Shown here one piece after another: positions 51,401 to 63,497 of a DNA stretch of 64,000 nucleotides (position 1 is the first letter of the stretch; each line of letters starts with the position of its first letter). This stretch comes from Xylographa opegraphella. Lineage: Eukaryota. The position numbers and the translations under genes are program-made. The stretch lies in assembly GCA_022813865.1 (NCBI GenBank), contig JALDZX010000001.1, positions 434,001-498,000 of the forward strand. The letters are read 5' to 3'. Below the pieces are notes generated by a model, which ran no database searches, was not told the DNA's origin, and worked only from the letters and a program-made list of their open reading frames with translations.

Positions 51401-53123
51401 GTTGGCTGAGTTGGTTCAGAGCAGAAGGAAGAGTCGAAACACCAGGAGATGAAGCTGCTACATCCTTGGAGTCAAAAACAATTGAATCCTTGAGTTCTTT
51501 CGAACCCGTAAAACGTTCAGCAGCATCTACGAAGTAGCCTTCAGATGAGCGGTTTTGGCCTCCATTTACTGTTACGGAGGCATTTCGTTGCGACGGCTCG
51601 CCCAAAGCATAAGATGCTGTGTCCTCAGAGGGTGTGACGAATTCTTGAGGCGACTCTGGAGCAGTACCCGTCTTGCCAACGGGTATAGAGATTGGCGGTC
51701 GCCTCCTTTCAGGCACCTGCTCCCGCCGAGGTTGGGTGCCTGGATTAGATGCGACTCTTGAAGCAGCAGGCAAGCCGCGATCTGGCGACTTCGGCGGCGC
51801 CGGTTGAGGAACAGTGTCAACCCTATTGACTGGTGAATAAGTGACATTGGTCCGCAGATGTTCGATGTGAGGATTCGAAGTGGGAAGTGGTCCATCTTTC
51901 GAGCCTTGTCTACTTTGAAACGACTCTACGCTGGTGGCACCAGCTAGCGATCGGAGACTTCTTTCGGTTTGCGGTGAAGGAGGGTTGGAGCTTGTATCAC
52001 GTTGAGAGCTTGCCGACGGGGAGTCCGAGCGAAAAGGTTGTAGTCGAGTTCTGGGCTCGGGTGGGCGAAGACTTCTTATAAAATCAGATGGCGGAAAATG
52101 ATCTGGTATGGCTAGGCCACGATCCTCACTACCTTCCTTTCTCGAACTCAAATCGCTTGAAGCCTGAGATTTGAGTTCACGACTGGGCTCACGGTTCGGT
52201 GCTCGAGTTGGTGTGGGAGGATACTCCGATGATTGAGGATTGCCCGGTACAGGACTTGGACCGGGTCGAGATGATGGCCTCTGAGGAGTCGTTGGCCTTT
52301 TTCCGGGAGGAATCGTTAACTCTGAGAACTCCATAGAATTAAATCCGATCAATTGTGGTAGTTTACCTCCGGTATATTTCCGGTAGATTTTGATTAAGCT
52401 CCCAATGAAAAAATCCTTCTCCTTGGATGTTGCAGCTTGCCAGTAGTACGGCTTCTGAATTGTAATTAACATTCCGGAGTCTCCTGCCCATTGCTGGCGC
52501 TTCTGCTCCTCGAAGGTGGCGGATGGAGGACCCGAGAATGACTCTATGGTCGCCAGATCGTCCAGATTCCAAGTCTTGCCGATAGAGAAGGTTCCATTCG
52601 GATTTTCTCTGGCTTTATGCATTCGAACCCGACCGGACTTCTTAACTGCCACGACAATCACCCGAAGTTTTTTATTCTCTGGCAGAGAGTTCGGGGGCGG
52701 CGGGGATGAAGGTGACGCTGCGTCCTCAGTTATCCGAATATGCGTTATGTATGATTCGGAATCTATATGAGTATATCAGCCAAAACCCACCCTGTAGTGT
52801 TAATCATACGATGAGTAGCGATCCGCTAATAGAAGTGATTAATGCCTTTTTTGGAGTATCCGGGACGAAACCCATCAGAACAATGCCTTCGTGATCTCAA
52901 CCAAAATGTCGTACCAGGACAACTACGTACATGCTCCGTCTTCGTCCCTTCGTGCAAAGCAACTCTCAATGATCCGTTTCTTCTCATCCTCAAACCTTTG
53001 CGCACGGGTCATATTAGAGACCACAGCCCCACCGCTGTGACCTTCAGCTTCTGGATTCCGCACTGAATCCAGTGGTAAGCCATTGGAGGCGCCATTTGAG
53101 ACCCTTGAGTATTGTCCGCTCAT
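48434..53123 (-). CDS. SEC3: Exocyst complex component Sec3; 3 introns (first at 52763-52930)
   Basis: RAQRFEDEKKRIIESCF, PIP2-binding domain (VRMHKARENPNGTFSIGKTWNLDDL), ECEELDGLLTLY, LQVQTANQ, and Sec3_C (LNYHILLIENMNH, LKKRVEKHFGD). Confidence 0.96.
52795..52906 (-). ncRNA. Candidate intronic box H/ACA snoRNA in SEC3 intron 1
   Basis: On the transcribed strand: hairpin, AAAAAA (fits ANANNA, 52847-52852), hairpin with internal pocket, then ACA (52798-52800) 15 nt from the upper stem. Confidence 0.5.
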
Positions 53124-53429
53124 ACTGCGAGAGCTGCCGCCTGCGTATCATCTGGTCCTATTCCGGGAGCATTTATGACGATGTGTTACCCCTGATTGAC
53201 GCTTGAGCTCATCAGTGAATTGGCCGTTGAACCTTCGCCTACATGCAATCTTTGTGCTTCGCGACAGCCTCAAGCAATGCAACGGGTCATAACTCAAGCC
53301 ACGGGCAAGCTTGACGCTCTTGGCATCTGCGGAAACGCTAGTAAGTTCGCTTAGCGCACCTCGCAATGTAGTAATTTTTGCTTAGCATTGAGTTTACATA
53401 GACTTCAATCCCTAAATTGTGTCTTTAAC

Positions 53430-54749
53430 ATGTCTGACGATAGTTCTAGCAGTTCCTCAGATCTCCAGGAGGAAGAAGAGGAGAAGGAGCCCAAGTCAAG
53501 TCTATCAACAGACGGGAAAGGTGTCAAGAATGGAGAGCGGCCTAAGAAGAAGAAAAAGAAGAACGCCCCAGATCGTCCACAACCGGCATGGCTGTTTCCA
53601 CCAGACGCTGAGAACCCAGTGCTAAATCCCAAGCATGTTTCGGAAGAGGAGATGAGGAAGACATACGAAGCGCGCATAGAAGCTATAAGATTTCTCAGGT
53701 ATCGATCCGTGTCCGCACCAATGAAAACTGCACCCCCATCACAACTACTTACTCTTATTGGTGGCTTCCTTGCATCGTACGGCTTCATTAGTACTGGTCA
53801 AATCTTTACCCTGGAGCGCAATGCGCGGAAGAAACTTGATGGGTGGGATGATAAGGTTGGCGCAAAGTTGGAGGCGGGCATGCCCGACCTCTTAAAGATC
53901 TATAAAGATTGGTCCAAAGAGTGGCATGAAAGAAGAGAACTAGGTGCGCCCAAAAAACCAATAAAGGATAGCAAAGCCCAAAAATCTGGTTTGAAACCTT
54001 CCTCATCTGCAAACGAGAGTACATCTGGGATTAAGAGCGGCCAGCTCACCACCAATGGAGCAGTAACCAAATCCTCAGTTGTGGCCACAACTCTCGAGCC
54101 CCCTTTAATGAATGGTCGAACATCATCTACGGACTCCAGCACCACCATTGCCAACTCATCCTCCGCTTCTGATCCGAAGTCCCATGATAAAGGCGCTACA
54201 TCCTCCAAATCCTCAACCTCCGACAGCGAAGTGCCGGCGCCCAAAAAGAACAACGACGCGACGTCCTCCGAATCCTCTACCTCCGACAGCGAAGTGCCGG
54301 CGCCCAAAAAGAACAACGACGCAACGTCCTCCGAATCCTCAACCTCCGACAGCGAAGTGCCGGCGCCCAAAAAGAAAAGCGCTGCTCCCAAACCTACGAA
54401 ACGCAAGCGTTCACCCTCACCCAAACCCAGCACTCCCAACACAGCTGGCGCGAAAGTCCCCAAGAAAACTAATACTCCTTTTTCCCGTATACCACAAGAC
54501 ACGAAAGTGGACCCCAAGCTAGCGTCGAATGCATATGTGCCATACGACTATGCCGAGAAAGCGCATCAGGATCTCATTGTCACAAAAGGAAAGGGGTTTA
54601 CGAAGGAGAAGAACAAGAAGAAAAAAGGAGCATAGTAAGTTTATATTTTCGACTATCAGCGTGTATAGGAAAGAAAGAGCTGATTGAATCTTAGCCGTGG
54701 TGGGGTGATAGATGTTGGCGGAGGCAAAGGGATAAAGTTTGATGATTAG
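53430..54749 (+). CDS. SRP40: Nucleolar Ser-rich protein Srp40/Nopp140-like; intron 54635-54694
   Basis: LisH-like LLTLIGGFLASYGF, Ser/Lys repeats, and SRP40_C (PFSRIP...YAEKAHQDLIVTKGKGFTKEKNKKKKGA-YRGGVID...GIKFDD*). Confidence 0.9.
54195..54376 (+). repeat. 63-bp coding tandem repeat, about 3 copies (DATSSESSTSDSEVPAPKKNN)
   Basis: TCCTCC anchors at 54201, 54264 and 54327; units are nearly identical at the DNA level. Confidence 0.95.
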
Positions 54750-54960
54750 AAGTATTTCGCGGTGTCAAGGAGATATCTTAGCGTCACAGGAGACTGAGAT
54801 ACTGCCTTCGTAATACTATTGGAACCTATATACATAGCGTATATAGTTGTATCACAAACAAAATGAGTAAATCTCCTGCATGTGGATTTCTCCACAGGCC
54901 TCGTTGAGCGTAAATGATTAGTCCCCGTCGGGTCCACGGAACATCGTCTGCACTCGCCCA

Positions 54961-56832
54961 TTATTCCTTCCTCCGAGAACCCCAACCCCATCTCGCATCC
55001 CAGCCCTTGAATCCTTCCCCTCTCTTCCCCAGCTCCGCCTGTAACCTCAGTTTCATCGACCCTGTTGTGGTGTGTTCCAGCGCAGCTAGCTTCAGAGCCC
55101 TATGTTCAGGATCGTACCGCTCTCTGAGGTCCCCTCCCTCCGGACGCCCGCTCGACCAATTGCGCCCTCCGAACGACTGGTCTGGAAAGCGATCCATGAC
55201 CTCTACTACGTCCAACTGCACAACTCGGCCCTCCAGCCCGGCATATATGTGTGGCGAGTAAGGCGCCGCAGAGGCCAAGGAGTAGACCGGAGACTCTGCG
55301 CGGCGACACTGGTTGCTCGGGTCGAGAAAGGTGTTGTAGCCTGGCCGATCATCCCTCATGTCCAAGTGGTACTGGCAGCAGGTGGAGGGTCCCCGGGATT
55401 CGTCTTCTTTGTCCACCGAGCAAGCTTCGGCGTTTGCAGCAAAGTAGCGCCTATTTCCGGACATGCGGAAATCGAATATTTTCATGATAGAGTGTCTGGC
55501 ACCCCCTGCGACAAAGCGCTCGCGGCCAATAGGCAGAAGCGAGTAGATAGCCGAATACGTGTCGACAGGATCGGTAAATGTATTCACTTGGCAATCCGGT
55601 GAACGGAGATCGTGAACCTTGATCGAACCATCGTACCACCCGCTCATGAACACATCGCCGGCCGTGCCGCTTGCTTGGGAAGATGGTTCAAGAGGTACGA
55701 TCGCATAGACTGAGGACGTTATTGTGTTGGGCGCGCCACAATCTTTAGACACCGAGAATTTCCTTAACGGTTTTGAGGAAGTAGCCGAGTTCGAGACATC
55801 GTAGATGTGGAGAGGGGACGTGGAAGGACCGATACCAATAGCGAGGCGCTCTGGTCGCAAAAAAGATGTCGCCCACGTCCGGCCAGATGTGGAAACGGGT
55901 ATAACAGGAATTTCGCTGCAGGGTTTGATATCCAGCGAATGAGGAAAGACAGGATAGACTACGACTGAGCCGGTTGAAAGGCACGCCGCAAGGAGAGGTT
56001 CCCGTGCACTACTAACATGAGCCGATTGTATACGCCGATCACCAGTTGCAAATCTAGCCACGATGTTACACTGAGCCTTTCGGTTCGAGAGGCAAACGTG
56101 AACGAGCTCTCCACTGGCTCGTCCGATTATCAGATGTTCCGCGCCGTCAGTAGGCTTCTGCCATGGCCTCAATAGATTCACAGACGTGATATCGTCCCTT
56201 CCATCGTAGTGCGTATCGTCCTTGTAAGTGATCCACTTCCTCCGGTGGTGGAACTGATCGTATTTGAGGGTTCGCTCGTCATCGTCAGACGCCCGCCACT
56301 GATTTTCGACTTTGTCGCCCATACCCTTCAATCGTAGATTTAATTCTGCGCCAGCTCCCCACGCCAGTATCTCATCTCTTGCGGACCAGGAATTACCAGT
56401 CTGTTCGACATAGCAATCAATCACTGGCTGATAGCCCATGGTCTGCCTCTTCTGTCCCCGCCTGGGAGGTTGTCGAGACCTCCAGCGTGGTAAGTGTATA
56501 ACATCTTTCTCCGGGTATATTGATCTTGCAACGAAAGCCTTCTTATCCCAGGCTTTTGATAGCGTTGTGAGTGCATGAGCTGCATCCTTCCAATAAGGCG
56601 GAGTTTGCACTGAAGGAAATCGAGAGCGCACAAATGTACGGTAACCGTTTTCCTCTACGTACTGGTACAAGCGCTTGCAAGTGAGGGAAATGTGCAAGAG
56701 TGCCCCAGCGGTTTCGAGATGGCAGACAATTTGATTGAGCAATTCTGCAGGTAGTTCAGCAAGTAATGGAAGTGGCATCATTACAGGAATGCTTACTGCT
56801 TTATCTGGGCCATGGAGAGGGCTCGTACCCAT
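54961..56832 (-). CDS. F-box protein with WD40-like beta-propeller
   Basis: LAELPAELLNQIVCHL...ISLTCKRLY F-box, and WD-like FMSGWYDGSIKVHDLRS and FVAGGARHSIMKIFDFR. Confidence 0.85.
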   Translation of the reverse strand: MGTSPLHGPDKAVSIPVMMPLPLLAELPAELLNQIVCHLETAGALLHISLTCKRLYQYVEENGYRTFVRSRFPSVQTPPYWKDAAHALTTLSKAWDKKAFVARSIYPEKDVIHLPRWRSRQPPRRGQKRQTMGYQPVIDCYVEQTGNSWSARDEILAWGAGAELNLRLKGMGDKVENQWRASDDDERTLKYDQFHHRRKWITYKDDTHYDGRDDITSVNLLRPWQKPTDGAEHLIIGRASGELVHVCLSNRKAQCNIVARFATGDRRIQSAHVSSAREPLLAACLSTGSVVVYPVFPHSLDIKPCSEIPVIPVSTSGRTWATSFLRPERLAIGIGPSTSPLHIYDVSNSATSSKPLRKFSVSKDCGAPNTITSSVYAIVPLEPSSQASGTAGDVFMSGWYDGSIKVHDLRSPDCQVNTFTDPVDTYSAIYSLLPIGRERFVAGGARHSIMKIFDFRMSGNRRYFAANAEACSVDKEDESRGPSTCCQYHLDMRDDRPGYNTFLDPSNQCRRAESPVYSLASAAPYSPHIYAGLEGRVVQLDVVEVMDRFPDQSFGGRNWSSGRPEGGDLRERYDPEHRALKLAALEHTTTGSMKLRLQAELGKRGEGFKGWDARWGWGSRRKE

Positions 56833-58554
56833 GGTGAAAGGTTAGCTTAGGTCATTGGCTACGTCAATAATGATTGGCGTTTAGGGATCTGACTAGGATA
56901 TCTCGCCTAAATTGATGTTTTCTCGACGCTTTGACGGATATTGATGAAGGCATCTGGGGGGTTGAACTTGTACTCGCTCGGGGAAGCTGACTAGAGTGAT
57001 CCTGGACTTCTTCCAAATGCCGCTCAAAGACGTCGTTAAATGCTGCATAACGTCGATATCAAAATGGGAAAAGATAGGTGGCTACTTCCCCCATCGTTCT
57101 TTTTGTCAGCGACCGTTGTCATAATCTGACTTGTCACCACTCTTGATATATTGTTGATTCATGCTTAGTATATCAAATTTCTGTTCTCACGTTTAAGGGC
57201 CCCTTGTTAATCATTAGTTGATCGACCAGCACACTAGTTTTCCTTCTCCCATACTCCCATCGATAATTCAATGTGCTCAATGCCCGTGAGACGAAACATC
57301 TGAACATGAATACGTTTCTACATGCCCCAAACCCAGCCGTACACACAATTCTGCATTATTCAGTGTTCATCAGCGAATGCGCTAGCGTTGTAACTCCCAC
57401 AAGTTTGGGGACTCCATTGATATCCGTCTGGTTCTCTATTTCGTGCCTCATCAGCAATAGAACCACTCTCCGAAGTCATATCTCGGGCATCGCTATCCAC
57501 CAGCAGCGCTCTGGTTCCGATCGACTCGACAAAAGTGCGATGATAAGCCGTTACCACAATGAGCCTGAAATATTCAAGACAACACAACTTCCATCAACAA
57601 TTTCTCCCCTTTTTTTTCCCAATTGCAGCGATGTGAGCAATGCAGCCCGCGCAGTCTGCATCCATCCAGCAGATTCCCCAAGATCTCCCAGCCAACCTCT
57701 ACATCATAACTTTGATCCAACTGGACGACAGAAGCATGTACTCGGCATATTCGTCGTCACGATTCCGTCCATACCGCCAGTCACGATAGCCACGTCTAGA
57801 ACTTTAGTAAATGCCCTAACTGGAGCAGCAGCTGCTGCCCTACAGCTCCAATGCCAAGGTTGCGCGGAATTGCAAAACTGGGTGAGTAGCTCTAGCACAT
57901 GAACATCATGTAAATTAGCACTAGCTATATCGATGTGGTAGCATCGACTCTCACTCGAACCGCGTGAATTACTAGGTTGTCACTGGTTGCGCAGAGATAA
58001 CATGGATGAGCAATGTGAGAGTGGAAGACGTAAGCATTTCCATGGCTTAATCGGAACTTACAAACCCCAGCCGCGACTCAATGGTATCATAGCACTCAGT
58101 CATTTCCTCTTGAAAAGGGACGTCTCGCCTTAAGTACACATTCTAAACGATATTGCATAATGGCCTGTCGGTCCACATCACGTTTCAATGGATATCACAG
58201 ACCGATTCCGGCAAGACGCAAGATCATGTCCTGATTGCTCGACCTTGAGGGGGTACCAGAACTGGTAACAGCAGTAGAGCATAAATAGTTGCAGAGATTT
58301 AGGGAAGATAATCCAGCAAGTTGTGCGGTAGCACTGTAGTGCTGGAGAGCGATTGAGAAGCTGGTAGTCGTCATTGGAATATCGGTCAGACGATAATAGT
58401 ACGAGTAGACGAGCATTGGCAGGAACAATTCACATTTCGCAGTAATGCTTGATCTTGAGCGGCGCCAAGCAGAAGCCAGCGCTGGGTAAACGTCGTCACC
58501 ATATAAACACTGCACAAAGCATCTTCTCTTTGAAATTTCTCATAAACCGCTGTG

Positions 58555-59014
58555 CTAGAAGAAACGTTTCTCCATCTTACACGGTTAGCCAGGCTCCTCT
58601 TCCGATTGCGGAAATTACCTACCCTCCATGGATGATTCAACTCGAACCCCGCTGGCGCCTCCACCTCGTCGCTTTGTCCGCGAAGATATCCTGTCAATCG
58701 CCTGTCCCGATCCATCACTGATTGTTGTCAGCTCTTTTCAAGCAAGATAGTATACCACTGTCCGTACTTTGCTACACCTGAATTAGCATCCAGTGTGCTG
58801 AAGAGTGCGCTGTACATACTCTGTCCCACTGATCTATCGAATGTCTTGCTCGTTTCCCGCCGTTCTGCATATACCTGATCTTCGCCATTCCAGCACCAGT
58901 GACACCGAACATCTAAAGCACATACTCAGCCTCGATTTCGGAAGAATAGGACGTCTGAAAACGTACGCCTAGCATGATGGCATATGGTATCAGGGCTTCG
59001 AAAGGAACCCCCAT
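58555..59014 (-). CDS. NDUFA1: NADH:ubiquinone oxidoreductase subunit NDUFA1 (MWFE); 5 exons including a 4-nt microexon
   Basis: Spliced: MGVPFEALIPYAIMLG-MFGVTGAGMAKIRYMQNGGKRARHSIDQWDR-QM-MDRDRRLTGYLRGQSDEVEAPAGFELNHPWR-MEKRFF*. Confidence 0.9.
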
Positions 59015-59715
59015 TCTTGCGGCTCAATCGCAAGTGCCAGGTAATTGAGATTGAGCCTCCGCGATTCACTATTGCCCTTTCGGCAATTTGGGAGCAATAA
59101 CTGGACAGCGATCTGAGCTGTAACGATGAACTAGACGTGCTCCTCCTCTCGGTCAACGCGGTCCGTCTTAACCGCCGAGAGTTTGATATCAGCCCTATGC
59201 GGGACCGAGCAACGACAACCAAATTCAAAAGGTGAGGCTAAGGGGAGATTTAGGGATGGTTGGCTCTCGTCCACAATTGTTTCCACCGTCCACGTTATGC
59301 CGAGGGTATCTGACGCGTCAAAAGGGCATCGCATGTAAGTTTGATCGTGAATAAATTGCTCATTCTACCTTCTCCCCACATGCGCGTCCGAAGAGAGCGC
59401 GACTGGGCCAGCAAGTCTCCAAGCTGACTGAAGCTTTGAAGATCCAGCGAACTGCTCTATCATTGTCCACGGATTACTTGGATAATCGCAAACTCCTCAT
59501 AGACTGGGGCGACACCATTTACAACATTGCGCCAACTTGCGACTCTTACGCTAAGGAAATCAGTCATTACCAAACAGTCCTTTCAGTCACATTTTCGACT
59601 GCAGATCACCTCCAAATAGTTCACATAAACTTTATCGCGAGGAGCCATTAAGGAGAATTCTCAGCTGTATAGAGACAACACGTTCGCCAGGCTGGCGACC
59701 ACGGTAACGTACACA

Positions 59716-62700
59716 ATGGCGGCTTTAGGGCCTGCCTCTATGAACACTGGTGGAGAACAGCCTGAATTTGATTTGGAGGGAAGCGATATTGATGCAGAGG
59801 GAGAAGACGATATTGAGGTGGATTACAGTATGGTGCATACTCCAATTGTGGAAAAAGCCGAGGAAAGCTTGTCAGACTCAGATGCCCAAGGTGATCAAGA
59901 CGATGGCGATCTGGTGGGTGACAGAGATGAAGATGCAGAAGACGACGAAGACGAGGCAGATTTTGTTGGTGCTGTTAAAATTCCGGATGGTCACATGGGA
60001 GATAGCGATGAAGATGTCGTTCTTGAGGATGGATCAGATGCCAATGATGATAGTGTTGACGAAGAAGATGATGACAACTCCGATAAAAGTTCAAGCTCGG
60101 CCGAATCGGTAGCCATAGCGGAGTGGGAAGGAGGAAGTGAAGGAGCAGAAGAGGTCGAGGCTGAGGTTGCTAACCGAAATAACTGCATGTAAGTGCAGTT
60201 GTAAACGTCGCAGCAACTTTAAATGTGGACAACTAACCAGCTGTTAGATTTTGTGGGCAAGATGAAGAGCACGATCCCAGCGAAGAATTTGAGGAGTATA
60301 TGGCTTGCGCCGTTTGCGGGGATAATTGTAAGTTTATGTCTCTAGCCTCGAAGATCCTCATTTTTCGGGTGGGCCTGGAGCAATTCTAACCGATTTGTAG
60401 CCCATGGTAAATGTGCACGAGAAAACCACTCCCTTGATGCCACTGATGACTCAAGCAAGTGGCGGTGTCCTGGCTGTGTCAACAATGACCTGGAACCAAC
60501 CAACCATGAGGAGCCGGTTTCGCGTCGTCGATCGTCCGCTTCCAAGTTCACAAGGGATCTTCTGCCGGCTCAACGTGGTGTCTCGAGACCAGGATCTCAT
60601 TCAGTATTCAATACCTTGATTCTTGACGATGACCCTCTGGATGGATCACGGTCGCTGCGAAAGCGGAAGGCATCTTCTGATGAGATTGACGCGCAATCTA
60701 AGGCGTCCAGCAAGCGACCGAAGAGACAGTCTACTGTGCAGGAGTCCGACTCAGAGTCCCCATCATCGCCTTCTCTTGCAGAGGATGATGAGGAAGAAGA
60801 AGCTGTTCCCTCCAAACCAATTGAGTTCGTCCCTGCTCCAGAAGCCCGGATCGTTGAAGCTCCAAAAACTTCATCGAATAGATCCCGACCGTCCAGACCC
60901 ACAAGACCACGGAGACCTAAGAAAGAAGTTCCGCAGGGCACAACTTCAAGAACAATACGACGAAATTCCACAAGTCTCGTAATCGCACTGCAGGTCGATC
61001 TGACCAAGCTGAGAGAATCACAGCCAAAGAAGAAGCGCAGACGACCACCCCCCGCTATAGCGTCATCTGGTCATCGTCCACGTTTTGCAAGCTCGCATTA
61101 TGCTAATCCTTTCTATTCGTTCCACGAACGAGAGAACGACGAGTTGAAGTCAAAACCATATGGTGGTATCTTGTCAGAGGCAGAAGCGGATACATCGAGG
61201 ACATTACCACTAGCAGCCGATCGTGCGCGGTTTGAGGACGCTCGCCAGAAGGCCGAAGACGAGTGGAAAATCAAAACAGCAAGTGCTGAGCTGGAAAATG
61301 AGTCCAAAGGACGAGTGTCACAAAAAGTATCTGGTCCACCCAGCAAAATCAAGTGTATCAACTTTGGTGGCTACGAGATCGAAACTTGGTACGCAGCACC
61401 GTACCCAGAAGAATACAGTCGAAATCGAGTCCTCTATATCTGCGAGTTCTGCCTAAAATATATGAACTCGGATTATGTAGCTTGGAGGCATAAGCTCAAA
61501 TGTCCCGCGAAGCACCCGCCAGGTGATGAGATTTATCGCGACAAGTCCGTTTCGGTTTTCGAGGTTGACGGTCGGAAGAATCCCGTCTACTGCCAAAACC
61601 TTTGTCTTCTCGCTAAGCTCTTCCTGGGGTCGAAGACTCTCTACTACGATGTCGAACCTTTTCTTTTCTACATCATGACCGAATACGACGAACTGGGCTG
61701 CCATTTTGTCGGATATTTCTCCAAAGAGAAGCGACCTAGTAGTCTCAACAATGTCTCGTGCATTCTTACCCTCCCAATCCACCAACGCAAGGGTTACGGC
61801 AATCTCCTCATCGACTTCTCATATCTCCTCACAAGAGTCGAACACAAAACAGGCTCTCCAGAAAAGCCTCTCTCGGACATGGGCCTCGTGTCATATCGGA
61901 ACTACTGGCGCCTAGTTTTGTCGTATCTACTTCTCGACCAAACGCAGTCACTTAGTATAACGGACATATCTGAAAGAACAGGCATGACAGCCGATGACAT
62001 CGTTGCTGCATTGGAGGCTCTCCGAGCGCTCGTTCGAGACCCCGTCACCAAGACTTACGCCCTCCGACTTGACTACTCGTACTTCAAGCAATGTATTCAA
62101 AGCTGGGAGGCCAAGAGCTACGTAAAGCTAAATCCAGACGCTCTTATTTGGACACCGTACATCATGGGCCGCGGTAATCTGGCACACTATGATCGTGCAC
62201 CTGCTCTCCCGACTATCGCTCCCAGGGAAAGCGACGAGGAAGCCAAGGAGCTTGTCCCAGAAGAAGGTGTCCAGCAACAAATCAACCAAGCCAGCGAATC
62301 GGATTTGCCATCAGCCTCTCAAATGAATGACGATATCTCCACGCTTGTCTCTTCCGCTGCTGAGAATAACTTCATACTCCTTGATCGCGAGCCCAGTCAT
62401 TCAACGCAGCCCGATGCCCTGTTTACCCACATTCCCGCTCAAACACGTCATATAATCGGCAACTCCTCCGTCAACGGCGCCTACGCTTCATCTCCGCCAC
62501 CAACCATCCCTCCAACACGCTACGAAGTCTTTCCTCCGGTCCCAGGGACCGTCTCCCGCCGGCGCGGCGGCTGGCGAGGCGGGCCACGCAAATCTGCTCT
62601 CGGCACACCAGCCACGGCGACGCCCATGCGCAAAGGCGGCAAGAACTTGGGTGTTGGCAAGCCGGTAGGCAAACTAGGTGGAAAGGACGGCAAAAGTCCC

Positions 62701-63006
62701 AACGGCAGCGATGGGAAAACACCACGTACAACCGGCCTCGGATTGGGCAAGGGTAAAGGAGCAAAGAGCCCGCGCGGAAAAAGCGACGCGGGCACTCCAA
62801 CTGGCAGGCGGACGAGAAGTGCGGTAGAGAACGAAGAGAACGCGACTGAGAAGAAGGAGGATAGCGAGGAGGATGAGGTCGCGGTGGAGAATGATGTCGA
62901 GGAAGAGAGCCGGCAAGATTTAGGAGATGTTATAGGAGATGTTAATGGACAGAAGATGGAGGTGGAAGATGCGATTGCGGAGGGTGAGGTCACGATGGAG
63001 GAGTGA
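59716..63006 (+). CDS. SAS3: MYST-family histone acetyltransferase Sas3 with N-terminal PHD-like finger; introns about 60189-60248 and 60329-60400
   Basis: KPYGGILSEAEADTS, IETWYAAPYPEEY, YICEFCLKY, HPPGDEIY, CQNLCLLAKLFLGSKTLYYDVEPF, QRKGYG and GSPEKPLSDMG. Confidence 0.93.
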
Positions 63007-63497
63007 GCACTTGTAGGCTGATGTACGAGTATCCGTCTCTGTTTGTCGGCAGGAGGAGTTATGGTAGATACCATGGGTGCGCCTTTGGGAAGATACTTGG
63101 GGCAGTTACTAGGGTGTGCGATTAAAAGGGTCGGAGAATACCCGGAAAGGACTGCGACGGGCATGTACATGGTTGCGATGAAGAAGTGAGATATTTATTG
63201 CCTCTCTACAAAGCTCCTTGGTTACAAGGAAGTAGAAGAAGTGTAGATTGTCAGTTAATTCCCCGGGTGACGGCAACCCTCGAGCAAAGATTACTTCATA
63301 CGCCCGGCACGATCCCGCTCCGGTCGTCATCACATAGATCCCGAAACTACCGTGGTATCATGTACATACTCCGTTCCAGATCATCCTGAGATCAATCCTA
63401 TGCGCGAAGATGATTCACCCAGAAATGACTTACTCCTGGCGGGTGGGTCCAACCCCCCCACTACCGGCCGGTGCGACACTATGCCCGTCCGCACCTC

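Noticed and set aside
57540..57900. Minus-strand fragment DVAIVTGGMDG resembling an FAD-binding motif, and a 209-aa plus-strand ORF
   Set aside because: The motif is too degenerate and broken by stops to support a call.
59311..59320. Palindrome TGACGCGTCA (MCB/CRE-like) in the NDUFA1-SAS3 divergent promoter
   Set aside because: A single short motif that cannot be distinguished from chance without conservation data.
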